This document shows, in pieces, positions 9,932-19,683 of a stretch of 64,000 bases of DNA. A program made the translations under genes and the position numbers. The notes beneath the pieces are model-generated. The model made no database searches. It was not told the origin of the DNA and saw only the letters and a program-made list of their open reading frames with translations. How positions within the stretch are numbered: the stretch's first letter is position 1; every line of letters starts with the position of its first letter. Source of the stretch: Myxococcota bacterium (lineage in GTDB: Bacteria > Myxococcota_A > UBA9042 > PHBI01 > JAWLBL01); the NCBI GenBank assembly GCA_041687695.1, contig JAWLBL010000015.1:3627-67626 (forward strand). The letters are read 5' to 3'.

Positions 9932-10513
9932 ATGCGGAGCGTGGGACGGAAGCTGGGGGCGGTCGTGGTGGCGCTGGGGCTGGTCGCGGGGCTGGCCGGG
10001 GCGGCGTGGGCCGGGTCGAAGGGCGGGGTGTTCATGCCCGACCGGACGGTCGTCGAGGGCAAGAGCCTGGTGCTCAACGGGATGGGCATCCGCGAGGCGA
10101 CGGTGCTGAGCATCGACGTGTACGTCTCGGGGCTGTACCTGGAGCAGAAGACGCGGGACGCCAAGGTGGTGCTGTCGCAGGAGACGACCAAGCACCTGAC
10201 GATGCAGTTCGTGCGGGACGTGGACCGCGAGGACATCGTCGAGAGCTTCGAGGACGGCTTCAAGAAGGCCGCCGGCGTGAAGTATGGGCGGCTCAAGGGC
10301 GAGCTGAAGCGCCTGAACGGCTGGGTGAGCGACGTCAAGAAGGGCGACAAGGCCTCGTTCACCTACCTGCCGGGCAAGGGCCTGCAGTTCCGCAAGGGCA
10401 GCCGGCTGATGGGCACGGTGGAGAGCGCCGAGTTCGCCGAGGTCTTCTTCGGCATCTGGTTCGGGTCCAGCCCGCCCAACAAGGGGCTGAAGACGGGGAT
10501 GCTGGGGCAGTAG
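9932..10513 (+). CDS. Chalcone isomerase-like exported protein
   Basis: Signal peptide; LVLNGMGIREATVLSIDVYVSGLYL and FFGIWFG..P....LKTGMLG motifs. Confidence 0.88.
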   Translation: MRSVGRKLGAVVVALGLVAGLAGAAWAGSKGGVFMPDRTVVEGKSLVLNGMGIREATVLSIDVYVSGLYLEQKTRDAKVVLSQETTKHLTMQFVRDVDREDIVESFEDGFKKAAGVKYGRLKGELKRLNGWVSDVKKGDKASFTYLPGKGLQFRKGSRLMGTVESAEFAEVFFGIWFGSSPPNKGLKTGMLGQ

Positions 10514-10536
10514 CCTCGGACGGTCGGATCGAAGGT

Positions 10537-10562
10537 GAAGGCGGCGCTGCGGCGTCGCCTTC
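10537..10562. terminator. Hairpin between convergent genes, likely terminator
   Basis: GAAGGCGGCGC-TGCG-GCGTCGCCTTC. Confidence 0.5.
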
Positions 10563-10592
10563 GTCGTTTAGAAGGCGGGGGCGGCGGGCGCG

Positions 10593-11816
10593 TCAATCGG
10601 CCGTCAGGGTGCCGGTGACCTTGGCCGGCTGGCCGTCGAGGGGGCAGGAGAAGGGGGCGCGGTACAGGGCGGCCTCGAGGCAGGCGCGGGTCGCGTCGGT
10701 GAGGTGGGCGGCCGGCGGGACGACGGCCCGGGTGACCAGGCCGGTCGGGTCGAGGTGGGCCTCGAAGGGCGTGGGGGCGAAGTCGGGGGCCTGGGCCACG
10801 CAGGCTTCGAGGCGCGAGCGGATGGGGCCCAGCCAGGGCTTGGCGGCCAGGGGGCGGTCGGGGGTGAGGTCGCGGACGGAGACGTCGAGGCCGGGGCCGG
10901 TGTAGCCGGGGCTGGGGAGGTTGGTGAGCTGGAGGACGGCGCGGCGGCCGGCGCGGCCCTTGCCGAAGGCGACCTGCTCGAGGGCGTGACACAGGCAGGC
11001 CTGCTGGGCGGACAGGCCGGTGAGGCCGGCGTCGGCCTGGGTCACGCAGCGGGCGATCTGGCCCGAGGGGGTCAGCGCGAGGTACGAGCGGTAGGACAGG
11101 TCCAGGTCCGGCACGTGGCATGCGTTGAGCGCGTCCTGGGCCGCCTCGATGGCGTCGCGCTGGCGCTGTTGATCGTCGGGCCAGGGGCCGACCAGCGCCA
11201 TGCGCGTCAGCACCACCCGGACGCTGGGCGCGACGCCCATGCTGACGAAGCCTCCACCGGCCGGGTCGCGGCGGACCGGGCGCAGGGCGCGGGCGGCGGC
11301 GGCCCAGGCGTCGGCGCGCTGCGGGGCGCGGACGGGCGCGGCCAGATCGGCGACGACCGGGCGGCGACCGTCCCGCGCCGGCCCGCGGACCCCGCGGACG
11401 ACGACGTCCAGGCTGTACTCGAAGCGGCAGTCGAGGGTCCGCGGGGCGCTCGGCGCGCAGTCGTGGGTCGGGGTCACCGAGGCGAGGGCGGTCTTGGCGG
11501 CGCGATCGCCGAGCAGCGCGGTGAAGGTCGGGCGGACGGCGCATCGGGGCGCGTCCTCGCGCAGGCGGCCCTCGTGGTGCAAGCGCGTGAGGCGGAGCGT
11601 CTCGTCGAGCGGGAGCAGCGGAGCGGCCAGCTTGGCGGTCAGGGCGGCGTGGACGGCCTGCTGGAGGCGCTGCAGCTCGTCGGGGAAGAGCGCGACGTCC
11701 GTGGTGGTCGGCGGCAGGACGAGCACGGGGGACGGGGGCGCGGGGGTGTCGGCGCGGGCGGTCGTGACGGCGGCCAGGAGCGCGAGGACGCTGGTCAGCA
11801 GGGGATGGCGTCGCAT
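10593..11816 (-). CDS. Exported hypothetical protein with Cys-paired TonB-C/AgmX-like C-terminal modules
   Basis: Signal peptide MRRHPLLTSVLALLAAVTTARA; repeated LxAC...G.(I/V)...ACL..AL....F pattern. Confidence 0.65.
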   Translation of the reverse strand: MRRHPLLTSVLALLAAVTTARADTPAPPSPVLVLPPTTTDVALFPDELQRLQQAVHAALTAKLAAPLLPLDETLRLTRLHHEGRLREDAPRCAVRPTFTALLGDRAAKTALASVTPTHDCAPSAPRTLDCRFEYSLDVVVRGVRGPARDGRRPVVADLAAPVRAPQRADAWAAAARALRPVRRDPAGGGFVSMGVAPSVRVVLTRMALVGPWPDDQQRQRDAIEAAQDALNACHVPDLDLSYRSYLALTPSGQIARCVTQADAGLTGLSAQQACLCHALEQVAFGKGRAGRRAVLQLTNLPSPGYTGPGLDVSVRDLTPDRPLAAKPWLGPIRSRLEACVAQAPDFAPTPFEAHLDPTGLVTRAVVPPAAHLTDATRACLEAALYRAPFSCPLDGQPAKVTGTLTAD

Positions 11817-12069
11817 CGGGGAGCCTCGTCGGGCCGGGGGAGGTGCCGCCCGAGACCGTAGGCGGTCGGGCGTGGGATCACAACCGGACGCTAGGGCCTT
11901 GGCCGTGGGCGGGTGGACCGAGGGTCGGCCCGGCGCGGCTGGTGGTGGTGGGGCCCTCGGAGTGCGGCCGGCGGCGTGTGGCCCGGCGCACCGCGATGCG
12001 GTACAAACGACGGCCACCGCGGGGGCGGGCCAGCGCGTACGCCCCGCGCCTACCAGCGAGGGACACGCC

Positions 12070-12468
12070 ATGAACCTGCCCAGGGTGAGGCCGTTTCTGA
12101 TGTTCGAGGGTCGGGCCGAGGAGGCGATGCGCTCTTACGTCTCGCTCTTCCGGGACGGCGAGGTGCTCGAGCTGACCAGGTACGGGGCGGACGAGGGCGG
12201 CCCCGAGGGGACCATCAAGATGGCGCGGTTTCGCATCGCCGGCCAGGAGGTCATGTGCATCGACAGCCCGGCCAAGCACGCCTTCACCTTCACGCCCGCC
12301 ACGTCGCTGTTCGTCGACTGCGAGTCGATGGAGCAGTTCGACGCGCGCTACGAGGCGCTCCTGGAGGGCGGGCAGGCGTTGATGCCGCGCGACGACTACG
12401 GATTCAGCCAACTGTTCGGGTGGGTGCAGGACCGGTTCGGGGTCTCTTGGCAGATCAACCTGCCGTGA
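12070..12468 (+). CDS. VOC / PhnB-like (3-demethylubiquinone-9 3-methyltransferase family) protein
   Basis: PFLMFEGRAEEAMRSYVSLF, FTFTPATSLFVDC, FGWVQDRFGVSWQ. Confidence 0.92.
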   Translation: MNLPRVRPFLMFEGRAEEAMRSYVSLFRDGEVLELTRYGADEGGPEGTIKMARFRIAGQEVMCIDSPAKHAFTFTPATSLFVDCESMEQFDARYEALLEGGQALMPRDDYGFSQLFGWVQDRFGVSWQINLP

Positions 12469-12496
12469 CCCGCGGGGGGGGCCTCAGGGGCCCTCG

Positions 12497-12937
12497 TCAG
12501 AGAGCGAACGGGAGGCGCGGACGGCAGCGGCGGGCCATCGGCTCGAAGCCGGGCGACAGCGGGCAGACGGCCTCGGAGCGGTCGAGGCAGCGGCGCAGCG
12601 AATCGCCGGGGGGCTGCTGGGCCGCGCAGGCGCCGAACACGTCGAGGCGGCGGTTCCAGCAGGCGAAGTCGGGGGCGGGATCGAGCCCCTGGTCCAGCAT
12701 CCCGTCCCAGGTGCAGTCGAAGACGGCGCGTGCGTCGCGGACGGCCGCGGGGTCGGGGGCGGCGCCCCACAGCACCGGGTAGACGCGGGACTGGGTGGAC
12801 CAGAGGATCTCCCAGGTCGCCTCGCGGGGGTCGGGCGGGGCGGCGCCGCGCTGCTCGGGTGGACCGCACGCCGCGACGAGCGCGATCGTCAGACAGGCGG
12901 CGACCGCGACGTGCAGGGGGCCACGTTCGGGCGTCAT
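12497..12937 (-). CDS. Small Cys-rich lipoprotein
   Basis: Lipobox LVAAC; ATGA overlap with the upstream gene stop. Confidence 0.65.
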   Translation of the reverse strand: MTPERGPLHVAVAACLTIALVAACGPPEQRGAAPPDPREATWEILWSTQSRVYPVLWGAAPDPAAVRDARAVFDCTWDGMLDQGLDPAPDFACWNRRLDVFGACAAQQPPGDSLRRCLDRSEAVCPLSPGFEPMARRCRPRLPFAL

Positions 12938-15900
12938 CGACAGCCTCGGTGCGGGTGGCGCCGGCGGAAGGCGAGGGCCAGCAGGGCGAGTCCGAGGGGC
13001 CATGCGTGTCTCAGCGGCGAGCCGGCGGCGCAGCCCTGGTCGACATCGATGGGGTCGCCGCCGCTGGGTGGGCTCGGGATGGCCGGCGGGTCGACCGGGT
13101 CGAGCGGGTCGACCGGGTCGGGGCCGCCGGGGCCGGTCGCGGGCAGGGGCTGCCCGGTCCAGGGGTCGCGGGCGAAGCCGCCCGGCACGGTGGCCGTCAG
13201 CTCGCCCTCGTCACCGAGCGCGGTGTCCAGGACGACGGCCCCGTCCTGGTCGCGCTGCAGGCGCCGACCCGGGTGGGCGGCCAGCTCGGCCGTCAGCGCG
13301 GGGTGCTCGGTGAAAAAAACGTCCGGGCCCTCGCGGACCAGGATCGGGCCGCCGTCCAGCTGGACGTACAGGCGCCCGTCCGGATCATAGGCGCAGTCCG
13401 TGGCGGGGGTCCGCTCGAGCAGCGGCGCCGGGTAGGCCGGCAGCCGGGTGCCGTCGGGCGAGGGGGCCCACTCCCACAGGGTGAAGCCGCCGCGATCGGC
13501 CACGCACAGGCGGCCGTCGGCGGTCACGTCGAGCCCGCTCGGGCCCACCAGGTCGTGGTTGGGTTGCGGCCACAGGTCGGCCCAGCCCCCACGCGGACCG
13601 GAGTGCTGAAGGGCCCAGGCCTCGACCGTCGCGAAGGCGTAGGCCTCGACCTGCCGCTCGACCCAGCGGCTGGCCAGGCGCACCTGCTCGCCGGGGGCGA
13701 GGCGTCGCTCGTAGCGGACCAGCTCGTACAGCCCGTCCTCGGCGCTCCACGCGTAGACGTGGAACAGCAGGGTGTCTCCCCAGGCGGCCGCGACGGCGTC
13801 GAGGCGGCCGAAGTGCTCGAGGTGGGTGGGGACGACCTCGCCGTGGGGGCCGCGCACGCCGAACTCGGTGAAGACCTCTGCGAAGCCGGTCGGTTGTGCG
13901 TGGGCGGGGAAGGCCGGGCGGGGCACGAAGCCGCCCCAGGTGTTCTCGAAGTAGACGACCAGCGCGTCCTGGCGCGCGACGACGAGCGGCGGGGCCGTCG
14001 GGTGCATCGCGACGACCCAGGTCTCGTAGGTGCCCTCGAGGCCGAGCAGCAGGCGGCCCGAGGTGGCGTCGAAGCCGATGACGTGCGCCGAGTCGGTGAC
14101 GACGTCGTGGACCGGCAGGTCGTCCCAGGCGGGCGGCCCGCCGCCGGGCAGGCCGCCGCCGCTCTTGCCGTGCAGGTTGGGCGCGATGGGCTTGGGGCCG
14201 ACGTCGCAGGGGCCCAGGCCGTCGGCGCAGCGCAGGTCTTCGAGGTCGAAGACCAGCCGGTCGTCGAGGCCGCCGGCGACGGCGACCCGGACGGGGGCGT
14301 GCTGCTGGACCACGAAGGTGAGGTCGCGGTCGACGGGGACGACGGCGCGGCCGGTGCCGGCGGGACCGAGCAGGGCGTCGAGCTGGGCGCGGCTGACGAG
14401 GGTGTCGACCTGGCCGGTCGTGAGGTCGTGGCGCTCGAGGCGGTCGGGCCGGTTGAGGACGAGGTAGCGCCCGTCGACCGAGCGGGCGGCGCGTCCCTGG
14501 TGTTCGTCGTCCTGGGGCGCGTAGGTGTGGACGATGGAGCCGTCGGCGGCGTAGCAGGCGCCCTGGGCGCAGAGCGGGCCGGCGGCGCCGAAGGTGGCGA
14601 CGTCGAGGAAGGTGACGTCGGGCAGGCGCTGGCGGATGGCGGTGCTGGTGATGTAGGACAGGTGGCGAGGCAGGGCGTGGGCGGGGTCGTCGCTGGCGTC
14701 GGCCGGGTCGGTGCCGGCGACGCGCTCGGCGCCGTCGGGGGTGCCGCCGCCGTCCGAGTCGGGGTTGAAGTCGCTGGTGCCGAAGGTCGCCTCTTCGGCC
14801 GCGGTGAGGCCGTCGGCGTCGAGGTCGAGTGTCGCCGGGTCGTAGATGAGGCGCGCGAGCTGCAGGCCGGCGTCGGGGCCCGTCTGGGTCAGTCCGACCA
14901 GGACCTGGCCGCCGGGACCGCTGAGGAGGATGGGCGCGGCGCCGGCGTCGCAGCCGTGGACGTAGCCGCCCCACTGGCAGCGGTAGCGGCGGACCAGCGC
15001 GTCGGTGAGGTTCCAGTGGGCGGTGGGGCCGCCCGCCAGGGGCAGGACGTGTGCGCTGGCGCCGGTCCAGCCGAGGTCGCCGCTGACGGGGTTGCCAGCG
15101 CCGTCGCCGCCCTGGATATCGATGCGCAGGTGCGAGTAGTCGAGGGTGAGGACCGGACCGGCGAGCAGGGCGTTCAGGGTGGCGTCGTAGGCGAGGGAGG
15201 TGGCGCCGACGAGCGGGTGCTTGACGGCCGGGTGCTGGGGGTCCGGCGCGACCGCCTGGGCGAAGGGGCCGGCGAGGACGGCGAGGGCGCCGGAGGCGTC
15301 GAGGGCGAGGACGTAGCGCAGGTAGGGTTCGCCGAAGTGCTGGCTGGCGAGGAAGGCGACGCGGCCGTCGGGCAGGTGGGTGGCGCCGGAGAGGCTCCAG
15401 GCGGTCGCCTGGGGGCCGGCGCCGGCGGGGTCGAGGGCGGGGGACCAGGGCGGGAGCAGCCGGGTCGGGGCCCAAGCGGGGACGGGCGCCGCGGCGTTCA
15501 GGTCGGCCGGGCCGATGAGGGGCGAGAGCGTCAGGGCCGTCGGGTCGAGGCGAAGCGCGCCCTGCTGGGACAGGAGGGCGAGGGTTCCGTCCGACAGGCC
15601 GAACAGGCGTCGGACGGAGCCGCCCTCGGTGGGTTCGTACAGGCCGACGCAGTCGGATGCGCCGCAGGTGACCGGGCCGAGGTGCTGGACGTCCTTGGAG
15701 AAGTCGACGCCCAGCTGGTCGGCGCCGACGACGCGGTACAGGTGCCCCAGCGTGGGGGCGCCGGGCTGCGGGAGCGTCGCGTGGGTGCGCAGGACGTACA
15801 GCGACAGCCCGTCGTGGGCCAGCCCGACCAGGGTCATGCCGAACGGGGCGGCGCCGAGGACGTCGTAGTCGAGCGAGCCGTAGGCGTCGGGGTCGTCGAG

Positions 15901-16089
15901 GTGGTGGAACTCGAGCGTGATGCCGTTGCTGTCGTAGATGACGCCGTCGCCGCCCACGGCGAGCAGCGTGGACCCGGCGGGGACCAGGGTGGCGGGCTCG
16001 AGCGCGGGCGCGCCCGGGACGGAGAGCGGGCCGGCGGTGGCCGGGAGCGCCGCGAGGGCGACGAGCGCGACGGCGAGCAGGTGCTGCAT
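12934..16089 (-). CDS. Large exported beta-propeller-rich surface protein with TSP3-like Ca-binding repeat and MYXO-CTERM-like tail
   Basis: Signal peptide MQHLLAVALVALAALPATA; DLDADGLTAAEE..GT...NPDSDGGGTPDGAE; NHL-like GPSGLDVTADGRLCVAD; tail GCAAG...WPLGLALLALAFRRR. Confidence 0.8.
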   Translation of the reverse strand: MQHLLAVALVALAALPATAGPLSVPGAPALEPATLVPAGSTLLAVGGDGVIYDSNGITLEFHHLDDPDAYGSLDYDVLGAAPFGMTLVGLAHDGLSLYVLRTHATLPQPGAPTLGHLYRVVGADQLGVDFSKDVQHLGPVTCGASDCVGLYEPTEGGSVRRLFGLSDGTLALLSQQGALRLDPTALTLSPLIGPADLNAAAPVPAWAPTRLLPPWSPALDPAGAGPQATAWSLSGATHLPDGRVAFLASQHFGEPYLRYVLALDASGALAVLAGPFAQAVAPDPQHPAVKHPLVGATSLAYDATLNALLAGPVLTLDYSHLRIDIQGGDGAGNPVSGDLGWTGASAHVLPLAGGPTAHWNLTDALVRRYRCQWGGYVHGCDAGAAPILLSGPGGQVLVGLTQTGPDAGLQLARLIYDPATLDLDADGLTAAEEATFGTSDFNPDSDGGGTPDGAERVAGTDPADASDDPAHALPRHLSYITSTAIRQRLPDVTFLDVATFGAAGPLCAQGACYAADGSIVHTYAPQDDEHQGRAARSVDGRYLVLNRPDRLERHDLTTGQVDTLVSRAQLDALLGPAGTGRAVVPVDRDLTFVVQQHAPVRVAVAGGLDDRLVFDLEDLRCADGLGPCDVGPKPIAPNLHGKSGGGLPGGGPPAWDDLPVHDVVTDSAHVIGFDATSGRLLLGLEGTYETWVVAMHPTAPPLVVARQDALVVYFENTWGGFVPRPAFPAHAQPTGFAEVFTEFGVRGPHGEVVPTHLEHFGRLDAVAAAWGDTLLFHVYAWSAEDGLYELVRYERRLAPGEQVRLASRWVERQVEAYAFATVEAWALQHSGPRGGWADLWPQPNHDLVGPSGLDVTADGRLCVADRGGFTLWEWAPSPDGTRLPAYPAPLLERTPATDCAYDPDGRLYVQLDGGPILVREGPDVFFTEHPALTAELAAHPGRRLQRDQDGAVVLDTALGDEGELTATVPGGFARDPWTGQPLPATGPGGPDPVDPLDPVDPPAIPSPPSGGDPIDVDQGCAAGSPLRHAWPLGLALLALAFRRRHPHRGCR

Positions 16090-16091
16090 GA

Positions 16092-17744
16092 TCACCACCC
16101 CTGCGGCCCGTCGACCGGCTGGCCGCTCTCGTCGAAGTAGGACCAGGCGCCGACCCGTTGGCCGTAGGACCACGCGCCCTGGGCGGAGATCTGGCCGCTC
16201 TCGTGCCACTCGGTCCAGGCCCCGTGCCGCAGGTCGAACCAGTAGGACCCGTCGCTGAGCGGCTGTCCGTCGTCGTACCAGGCCTTGGCGCGGCCGTGCA
16301 GCGAGCCGTCGACGTAGGTCATCTCGAGCTGGGTCTGGCCGTTGGGCCACCAGGCGACATAGGGGCCGTGCCGCTGGCCCCACTGATAGAGCACCAGGCT
16401 GTGCGCCTGTCCGGTGAGGTACTGGCCCTTCCACTCGCCGTGAGCCACGCCGTGCACGAACGGCCCGCTCATCGTGAAGTCGGGCAGGGCGCCGGTCGCG
16501 TCCCAGTGCCAGGTCGTGAACGTCCCATGGGGCACCCCGTCCACGTAGGTCCCCGTCACGTCCTGCCGGCCGTCCGCGTGCCACCAGGTCCACACGCCCT
16601 GCCGCGCCTCGCCGTCCCACGTGCCCTCGGCCATCGGAGCCCCGTTGGCGTGGTACTGCGTCCACACGCCGGTCCGCCGGCCGGCGGCGTAGGCGCCCTC
16701 GAGCTCGACGTGGCCGCTGTCGTAGTAGCCGCGCCACGGCCCGTGGAGCGCGCCCGCCGCCCACGTCGCCTCCTCGCGCGGGGCTCCGCTGGGCCACCAC
16801 TCGGTCCAGACGCCGTCGCGCTGCCCGGCGACGTAGCTCCCCTGCGCCCGGCGCAGGCCGTTGGTCCAGTGCGCCGTCCAGACCCCGTCGCGGAGCCCGC
16901 CCTCGTACGCCCCGCCCTCGTCGAAGCTGCCGTCCGCGCGCCAGAACAGCCACTCGCCCTGCCGCTCGCCCGCCGCGTAGCCGCCCAGCTCGGCCAACTC
17001 GCCGCTCTCGTGCCACCGGCTCCACGTCCCGTCGGCCTGGCCGTCGACGAAGCTCCCCGCGACCCGCTTGAGGCCCAGCCCGCCGCCCCCGTCGCCCCAC
17101 CAGCGCCCGTACGGCCCCTGCCGCACCCCGCCAACCTCGCACCATCGCGCCAGCGGGTCGTCCGGCCCGCCCTCGACCAGCGCGCCGCCGTCCGGGCAGC
17201 CCTGGCCGCTCCAGCCGCTCGGCAGCCGCGGCGCTGGCGCGCCCGCCACCGGCGTCTCGTCAGGCGGCTCGACCGCCTCGCACGGGCCTCGGTCGACCTC
17301 GTGGACCCCGTCGGCCGTCCAGTCACGCCACAGGCCGCAGGGCTGCCCGAACGCCCACGGGTGCTCGTACAGCGGCTGCCCGTCGACGTCCCACGCCTTC
17401 CAGACGCCGTCCGGCAGCCCGCCGGTGAACGCCTCCTCGCGCGCGACCGCCGTCGACCCGAAGTGGAACGTCCGCCACGTGCCGTCGGGCAGCCCGTCCG
17501 CGAAGCGCCCCTCGCGCTCGCGCCACCCGTCCACATCGGCCCGCACGTACGGGCCGTGGGCGGTCCCGTCCGGCCGCTTGCACCAGGTGTCTCGCACGTG
17601 GTTCAGGTCCTCGACCTGCCACCGCTCGGTCCCGGCGGGGCACCACCCGTCCGAGTCGTCGTCGCACGCGCTCGCGCCCGCCGCGGCCACGCCGATCAGC
17701 GCCAGCGCCAGCCCCCTCCGCGCCCACCCAACGCCCGTCCCCAT
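16092..17744 (-). CDS. MORN-variant repeat (YwqK-like) lipoprotein
   Basis: Lipobox ASAC; many G.W..W..xG....EG.Y..G.R.G repeats. Confidence 0.88.
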   Translation of the reverse strand: MGTGVGWARRGLALALIGVAAAGASACDDDSDGWCPAGTERWQVEDLNHVRDTWCKRPDGTAHGPYVRADVDGWREREGRFADGLPDGTWRTFHFGSTAVAREEAFTGGLPDGVWKAWDVDGQPLYEHPWAFGQPCGLWRDWTADGVHEVDRGPCEAVEPPDETPVAGAPAPRLPSGWSGQGCPDGGALVEGGPDDPLARWCEVGGVRQGPYGRWWGDGGGGLGLKRVAGSFVDGQADGTWSRWHESGELAELGGYAAGERQGEWLFWRADGSFDEGGAYEGGLRDGVWTAHWTNGLRRAQGSYVAGQRDGVWTEWWPSGAPREEATWAAGALHGPWRGYYDSGHVELEGAYAAGRRTGVWTQYHANGAPMAEGTWDGEARQGVWTWWHADGRQDVTGTYVDGVPHGTFTTWHWDATGALPDFTMSGPFVHGVAHGEWKGQYLTGQAHSLVLYQWGQRHGPYVAWWPNGQTQLEMTYVDGSLHGRAKAWYDDGQPLSDGSYWFDLRHGAWTEWHESGQISAQGAWSYGQRVGAWSYFDESGQPVDGPQGW

Positions 17745-17870
17745 CTCACCAGCCCCCGCGTCAGCGTTCCGCAGGGTAGCACCGCCTGGTCCAGGTCGTG
17801 AACGCCACCCACGATTGCCCCACTGACGCCCGCGACGGGCCAGAGTTCCGCGCCAGCTCTCGCGCCCCCC

Positions 17871-19577
17871 TCAGCGAGAGCGCGGCCCCCGGATGAGCCG
17901 ACCGGGCAGCGCTCCCGTCGCCTGCCCCTGCTCGTAGGTCGCCACGCCGCCGACCAGGGTCGCCACATAGCCGCGCGCCCGCTGCACCAGCCGCCGCCCG
18001 CCGGCGGGCAGGTCGTAGACCACCTCGGGCCGCTCGAACCCCAGCGCGTCGTAGTCGATGACGTTGACGTCGGCGCGATAGCCCGGCGCCAGCACGCCCC
18101 GATCGCGCAGCCCGTACAGGGCGGCCGTGTCGCGCGTCTGGCGCTGGATCACCCGCTCGAGCGACATCCGCGGCCCCCGGGAGCGGTCGCGCGTCCAGTG
18201 GGTCAGCATGAAGGTCGGCATCCCGGCGTCGCAGATGGCCCCGCAGTGCGCCCCGCCGTCGCTGAGCCCCATGTAGGTCCGCGCGTGGCCGTGCATCGTG
18301 TGCAGCAGATCCAGGTTGCCGTCCGCGTAGTTGAACAGCGGGAAGTACATCTGCCCGTAGCCGCCGTCCTGCATCAGGGCGTCGAAGGCGATCTCCTGCG
18401 GCCTGCGTCCGGTCGCCTTGGCGAGCGCCGCGACCGAGCACGACGGATCGGGCTCGTAGTCGAAGGCCGCGTCCATCGGGTACATCTTGTGGAAGGCCTG
18501 CGTGACGAAGCTCTCGAAGAAGCCCAGGTTGCGCGGGGTCTCGGCCAGCAGCCGCTCCTTGAAGCCGGGCTCGGCCAGCCGGGCGACGCGCGCCTCGGGC
18601 GTCAGCTTGGCCAGCGCGTCCCAGCCGGGGTAGGTGACGAACGGGTGGGCGGTCAGGTGCCAGCTCATGACCAGGCCGATGGCCCGCCCGGCGACCTGCG
18701 CGAACAGGGGCACGCCCTCCTCGGCCGCGGCGTCCAGGTGGCCCAGGATGTCACGCCACAGCACCGGGGCGAAGTCGGTCTGCGACAGGTTCACGATGAC
18801 CGGCCGCCCCGTCTCGGCGGCCAGCTCGCGCATCCAGGCGATGTCCTTGCCCAGGCTCGTGTGCTCGCTGGCCAGCTCGAACACGCCGTGCCCCGCCTCG
18901 GCCAGCGCGCGTCCCAAACCGAACAGCTCGTCCCGGCTGGCGAAGGTCCCCGGGACCAGCTCGCCGTCGATGGACTTGTGCAGCGATGTCCGCGACGTCG
19001 AGAAGCCCAGCGCGCCCGCCTCGAGCCCCTCGCGCACGAGGCGCGCCATCTCGGCGATGTCGGCGGGCGTCGCCTCTTCATTGGCGGCTCCCCGCTCGCC
19101 CATGACGTAGGCCCGCAAGGCGCCGTGCGGGATCTGCGTGCCGACGTCCACCGCGTACTCGCGGCGACCCAGCGCGTCGAGGTACTCGGGGAAGTGCTCC
19201 CACTCCCACTGGATGCCCTCGTGCATCGCGGCGCCGGGGATGTCCTCGACCCCCTCCATCAGCCCGATCAGCCAGTCGTGGCGGTCGGGCGCCGCCGGGG
19301 CGAAGCCGACCCCGCAGTTGCCCATCACGACCGTGGTCACCCCGTGCCAGCTGGACGGCCCCAGGGTGGGATCCCAGGTCGCCTGCGCGTCGTAGTGCGT
19401 GTGCATGTCGACGAAGCCTGGCGTGACCAGCAGCCCGTCGGCGTCGATCTCGCGCCGCCCCGGGCCGACGCGCCCCACCTCGGTGATGCGCCCGCCGTCG
19501 ATCGCGACGTCGGCCGTGCGCGCCGGCGCTCCCGTCCCGTCCACCACACGCCCGCCGCGGATGACCAGCTCGTGCAT
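17871..19577 (-). CDS. N-acyl-D-amino-acid deacylase family amidohydrolase
   Basis: LVIRGGRVVDGTG, PGFVDMHTHYD, GVTTVVMGNCG, SDGGAH, ATGALPGRLIR. Confidence 0.93.
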   Translation of the reverse strand: MHELVIRGGRVVDGTGAPARTADVAIDGGRITEVGRVGPGRREIDADGLLVTPGFVDMHTHYDAQATWDPTLGPSSWHGVTTVVMGNCGVGFAPAAPDRHDWLIGLMEGVEDIPGAAMHEGIQWEWEHFPEYLDALGRREYAVDVGTQIPHGALRAYVMGERGAANEEATPADIAEMARLVREGLEAGALGFSTSRTSLHKSIDGELVPGTFASRDELFGLGRALAEAGHGVFELASEHTSLGKDIAWMRELAAETGRPVIVNLSQTDFAPVLWRDILGHLDAAAEEGVPLFAQVAGRAIGLVMSWHLTAHPFVTYPGWDALAKLTPEARVARLAEPGFKERLLAETPRNLGFFESFVTQAFHKMYPMDAAFDYEPDPSCSVAALAKATGRRPQEIAFDALMQDGGYGQMYFPLFNYADGNLDLLHTMHGHARTYMGLSDGGAHCGAICDAGMPTFMLTHWTRDRSRGPRMSLERVIQRQTRDTAALYGLRDRGVLAPGYRADVNVIDYDALGFERPEVVYDLPAGGRRLVQRARGYVATLVGGVATYEQGQATGALPGRLIRGPRSR

Positions 19578-19631
19578 CGTCCCCTCCCGACTCGCTTGGA
19601 TGTTGACCTGAGCCCCGCCATGGGACACGAA

Positions 19632-19670
19632 GCGAACGGTGTTCGCAAACGAAAAGTGAACATTGTTCAC
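19632..19670. promoter_or_regulatory. Two palindromic operators (GYGAAC-N3-GTTCRC), probably bound by the adjacent TetR
   Basis: GCGAAC-GGT-GTTCGC (19632-19646) and GTGAAC-ATT-GTTCAC (19656-19670) in the divergent gap between deacylase and TetR. Confidence 0.75.
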
Positions 19671-19683
19671 ACAAGGCTTGCAA

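Noticed and set aside
12730..16140. Long antisense or alternate-frame ORFs (e.g. 12730-16140+, 4806-7175+, 49860-52688+, 36340-38922-, 59459-62056-)
   Set aside because: Shadow ORFs typical of very high GC DNA; they overlap motif-supported genes and have no recognisable domains
19632..19646. Gram-positive LexA box (CGAAC-N4-GTTCG)
   Set aside because: Spacer is 3 nt, not 4, and the context is a divergent TetR
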